Shown one piece after another: positions 59,950 to 64,000 of a stretch of DNA of 64,000 bases (position 1 is the stretch's first letter; each line of letters begins with the position of its first letter). A program made the position numbers and the translations under genes. The notes beneath the pieces were generated by a model that did not search any database, was not told where the DNA came from, and saw only the letters and a program-made list of their open reading frames with translations. Where the stretch lies: contig NC_045719.1 of NCBI RefSeq assembly GCF_009834535.1, forward strand, positions 5,952,001 through 6,016,000. The letters run 5' to 3'. This stretch comes from Camelus ferus (lineage: Eukaryota).

Positions 59950-61790
59950 ATGAATCAATCAGTGAACAAGTTTCACGAGCAGCACCATTTGTTTATTCAA
60001 AACTATTTATGAGCATCTACTAAGAGTAAGGTACTTTTAAAAAAGAACTTTAGAGTTAAGAGCCATGAGGGGAAAAAAATAAAGGAATCATGAGGACATA
60101 CAACAGAATGATGAATAATGGGTTTGAACTGGTTTAGATAAGATGATCCAGGCAGAGTGTTCAGCCAGGGCAGAGGCCCTGGGGCAGGTTGGCACTTACC
60201 ATGTTTGAATAACAAAAAGTAGGTCAGTGTGCCTGGAACATGGTGACTGAGGAGACAGGTGGGAAGCAGGGATCAGATCATATGGGGCCATATGGAGTTG
60301 GGTAAGGAGTTTGGACTTAATTCTAAATCCAGTGGGCACCCACTGGAGGATTTTAAGCAAAGGAACAACATGAGTTAATTTTTTAAAAAAAAGATCACTC
60401 CAGGTGCTTAGTGGAGAATGGATTGAGGAGGGACAAAAACAAAAGACAGGAAAGGAGTTAAACTGTCCTCCCACCAATTCAAGAGAGAGACTTGATGACA
60501 GCTCTGACTGAAGTTAGATTTGAGATATAACTTGATAAAGTTTTATTGATACATTAGAAGGAAACAGAGAAAAATCAAGGATAACTTCCAGACTTTTGGC
60601 CAGTCCACTGAAAGTGTGGTGGTATGACTACTTGAGATGGGGAAAAATGGAAAGAAACAGGAAAATCAAGCATCCCATATTGGGCATGTTAATTTTGAGA
60701 TACCTATTAGACCCATGAATGGATATGCCGGGTAAGAAGTCAGGAGAGACAGACATTACCAACAGCCGTGGGCTTCCACAAAAGAACCCCACCTCTGCAA
60801 AGAAGGCAGCAAGGACGAGAGAGCCCTGTGCATGCCAGTGTTTCTGGTCAGGAGAGGAGGAGGAGCCAGCAAAGGCGACCAGGAAGGAATGACTTGGGAG
60901 TTAGGAGGGGGACCAGGGAGGCAAAAGGAAAAAATGTTTATCCACCCCAGGTGGAATGGTCCACTGTATCAGATGAGCAGAAAGTTGGCATTGAGTTTGG
61001 CTTTAGTGACTGAAGCCTTGACATGGGTTTCAAAGAAAATGAAAGTTAAAAAGTGGGGTCACAGAGTACAGATAATTACATCAAGGACTCATTCTGCCTG
61101 GGGAGAATGAGATAATAGCTGAAGGGGGTAGTTCTCCAGGATGACAGGTAAGAAGACTGAAAGATGCAGATGAGGCTGACTGGGTAGAGAGGGAGAGGGT
61201 GAAGGTGCAGGCTGAAGCCCTCGGGTTCACGGGAAGGGAGGACACCCACACTGGCAGAGGTTTGCGTTTTCTTGGACAGAGACCCTTCCCCTCCACCTTG
61301 CTAGGACAGAAGGCAGAAAATACGAGCACGGATGTAGGTAGTTCATGGTCAGATGATGAGGACGTTCCCATCGAATTATTTCCATTTTCTTCGCGAATTC
61401 TGAGGCTAAGTCATCAGTTGAAAGTGAAGACGCAGGAAGAAGATGGAGGATTGGATTAGTGATTGAAGAGAGAAGAAGGCAGGATAAAAATATCTTAGCA
61501 GAAAGTGTGGTAGGGTTTCCAGGGAGTGATCAGGGTGCATTTGAGATACGTGTCACAAATTCAAGATGACACTCAGCAGCATGGTTGTGCAACTTTCTGC
61601 AGTTTTCAGTTGCACAAGTGCAGTGACGAGGGAGAATGGGAGATTTGCCCAGGGAGGCAGTGGGGAGAGAATGGAGACGGAGGCGAGGGCACCGGCAGGA
61701 AGCGGTTAGAGTTGGGCCCTGGAGTCCTAGGCTGGGCAAGAAGGGCGAGAGGAACATTTGAAAAATGATGTTCAATAAACAGGTGGTCCC
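59950..61790 (-). mobile_element. Long degenerate L2 (3' end into ORF2)
   Basis: Tail tgaatcaatcagtgaac/ttattcaaaactatttatgagcatctac, then ggtaaggagtttggacttaattctaaatccagtgggcacccactggaggattttaagca and ttttgagatacctattaga. A minus-strand ORF contains SACTFTLSLSTQS, like L2 ORF2. Confidence 0.75.
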
Positions 61791-62439
61791 AATGAGAAGA
61801 AACATTTGGAATTGAAGCATTTTAGTAAGTAGGCCAGAGGACAGCACATCATTCAGAGAGTGGAATGTTTAAATTCAGGATTTCAGAGACTGGTTTTATT
61901 TTCCCTCCGACCTCCACTTATGAATAGGCAAACTAGTTAACAATCTATGGACTGAAATTCCAAAATTAAGAAAGGTTTGTTGTCCTCACCTTGCCTAGAA
62001 TTTATCTCCTTACTTGCTCACAGTTGGCTGAAATTAAGTAATTACAAAAGCATTCCTCCATCAAGTGACTTCCTATTAAAGCATGAACCCTACGGGAGAG
62101 ATGCCGTATGCAAACCAGGCAGGGACACCTCATCTCCTCCTCTCTCTCTCTCTCAGCCGAGGGCCCTGTGCGGCCAGCCCACCAGCGCACCGCACCGCGC
62201 AAGACCAGCGCTGCTCCAAACTACACGCAACGGAGGCTCTTGCAAACTTCATCCTGAGGTGAGAATTAATCAGATCATTTCCAGAGAGCAGGCTTTTATG
62301 TGGTAAAGAGCAGACATACTGAGCACTTGAAACAGGTTTGGGCCTTCAGAATTTGCCTGGACCTGGGGTTGTTTCCCTAAAGTTGGAGCGTAAATGAAAG
62401 TTCTGTACAAAGCAATGAAAAGCAGAAATATGGATTGAA

Positions 62440-62780
62440 AATCTTTCCAATGCATATACCCTTAGACACAGCAATTCAACAGTTTGTCAAAAGGAAATGG
62501 AGATGATGTACTAAGAAGTTTGAGTAAGAATGTGTGTCACAATATTATTTACAATATCAAAACATGAAAAACAATATTACTACTGAAAAACTGGAGATTA
62601 GTTAAGAAAATATAGTAATCCACTGAGGGAGTGCTTTCAGCAATAATGATTGATGTATTGGCTAATTGGAAAAGAAAGTGCATTTTCTTTTTTTAAATCT
62701 AAAATCACACAAATAAATGCAGAGGAAAAAAGATAAAAGAGACATATATCAAACAATGGATTTTGGGTGATTCTTACTGA
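62440..62780 (+). mobile_element. Ancient L1ME 3' end fragment
   Basis: atgcatatacccttagacacagcaattc...gaatgtgtgtcacaatattatttacaatatcaaaacatgaaaaacaa. Confidence 0.6.
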
Positions 62781-64000
62781 GTCATCAAAGAAAATATTCA
62801 ACTTGATTTTATTTCCTGGCTGTGCAAAATATATTATTTATATATATCTCAACCAGCTTCAAAATTCTGTTATAAGATTTAATTAATTTTAACAAATAAA
62901 GCTTTTAATTCACACTGTTTATTCTGACAGCATCTGTCACAAAGAAGCAGGTGACTCAAACTGAATTACTTGATTGTAAAAAGGAATGATTCTTATAAGA
63001 AAATAATGATGTCCGTGATTAGACAAGAGGTACAGCATTCTTTTTCTAATGTTTTTTTGGGGGAGGGGGAGATAACTAAATTATCCTACTTTGGAAAATG
63101 TCATTAATGCTTTAGGCTGAGCTTGAAGATGTGAAGAGTTGTAAAGCTTGGCAAAAATAGTTCTGGTATCTTCTTGAGTCAGCGTGGGAAGACACAGCAG
63201 GCGATACTTGCAGCGACCGCCATCCGTCCTGCAGGACACAGGGGTCAGCAGGCTGCCCTGGGCTGGGCTGCCTTTTATCCCATTTCCTGTGCTTCTGCCT
63301 TAGGCACAAAACAGACCAAAAAGGGAAAGGAGGGGGAGAAAGCTGGGCAGAGAATCTGAAGGTGGAAAAGTAGGGAAAGATTTTAAACTAAAGTAAAATG
63401 GGAGAAAGAGAGGAGAGGACCCTGCCACTCATTGTATTCTCATTGAAATAAAGGATAGAGGGTGATTGTTTTAAATAAGACATTCATTTATTTACTCATC
63501 CTCTCAGCAGACACAGTTTAGGTCCCCACAATTGCCCTGGCCCTATGATATGACAACGAAGAAAAGCATCTTTTTATCTAGCGACACAATCAGACCAGTA
63601 TTCCAGAATGTGCTTTCTGTTCATAAACTTCGTGACCTTGGCTCACAACCTTGCTCCATGAACCTGACTTCTGATTTTCCAACCCCTGACATCACTGTTC
63701 CCTCCTGGTTGCCTAGCCAAATCCTAACTGTTTGTCACTGTTGACCTGTTCCATGAAGTCATCTTTAACTCTTGCCTCCAGGCCGTGTAGTTATTTCTTT
63801 CTTGAACTCCTATTTCATTTACAATGAGGACTATATCTACATGTTAGAAGAAATTATTCTCTTTTTGTGTGTATTTTCTACTCAGTTTGTCGGGTGGGCC
63901 TTGTGGGTTCCTTATACAAATTAACATAGACATTCAATCCTGACTGACAAACACACCATTACGACAGACATTTAGCTTGTCCTTTGGTCACTGAGAACAC

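Overview
Mammalian genomic DNA, probably camelid (alpaca or camel), judged from a Vic-1-like tRNA-derived SINE with a target-site duplication and a cetartiodactyl-type L1 3' end. The window holds the 3' part of MYOM1 (myomesin-1) on the + strand. I traced 23 coding exons by hand from 244 to 48939, all flanked by AG/GT with consistent phases. They total 2846 nt and, with one base from the upstream exon, give 948 codons plus TGA. They encode Fn3 My6, the alternatively spliced 96-aa EH segment, Fn3 My7-My8, and Ig My9-My13 with helical linkers. Exon numbers 16-38 are inferred by counting back from the terminal exon, using the 38-exon human structure as I recall it. The 3'UTR runs to an AATAAA at 49439. 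The last 14.5 kb is intergenic: a CpG-rich block, then old L1, L2, LTR and MaLR fragments. There are two N gaps. I see no wholly new gene system. The best leads are splicing-level: an in-frame internal donor in the EH exon, a candidate poison exon before exon 23, frame-symmetric helix-linker exons, and an exon-like unit in a CpG-rich block past the poly(A) site. An apparent L1 3' transduction and MEF2/E-box clusters in intron 25 also merit a look. Repeat family names come from recalled consensus sequences, not a database search.
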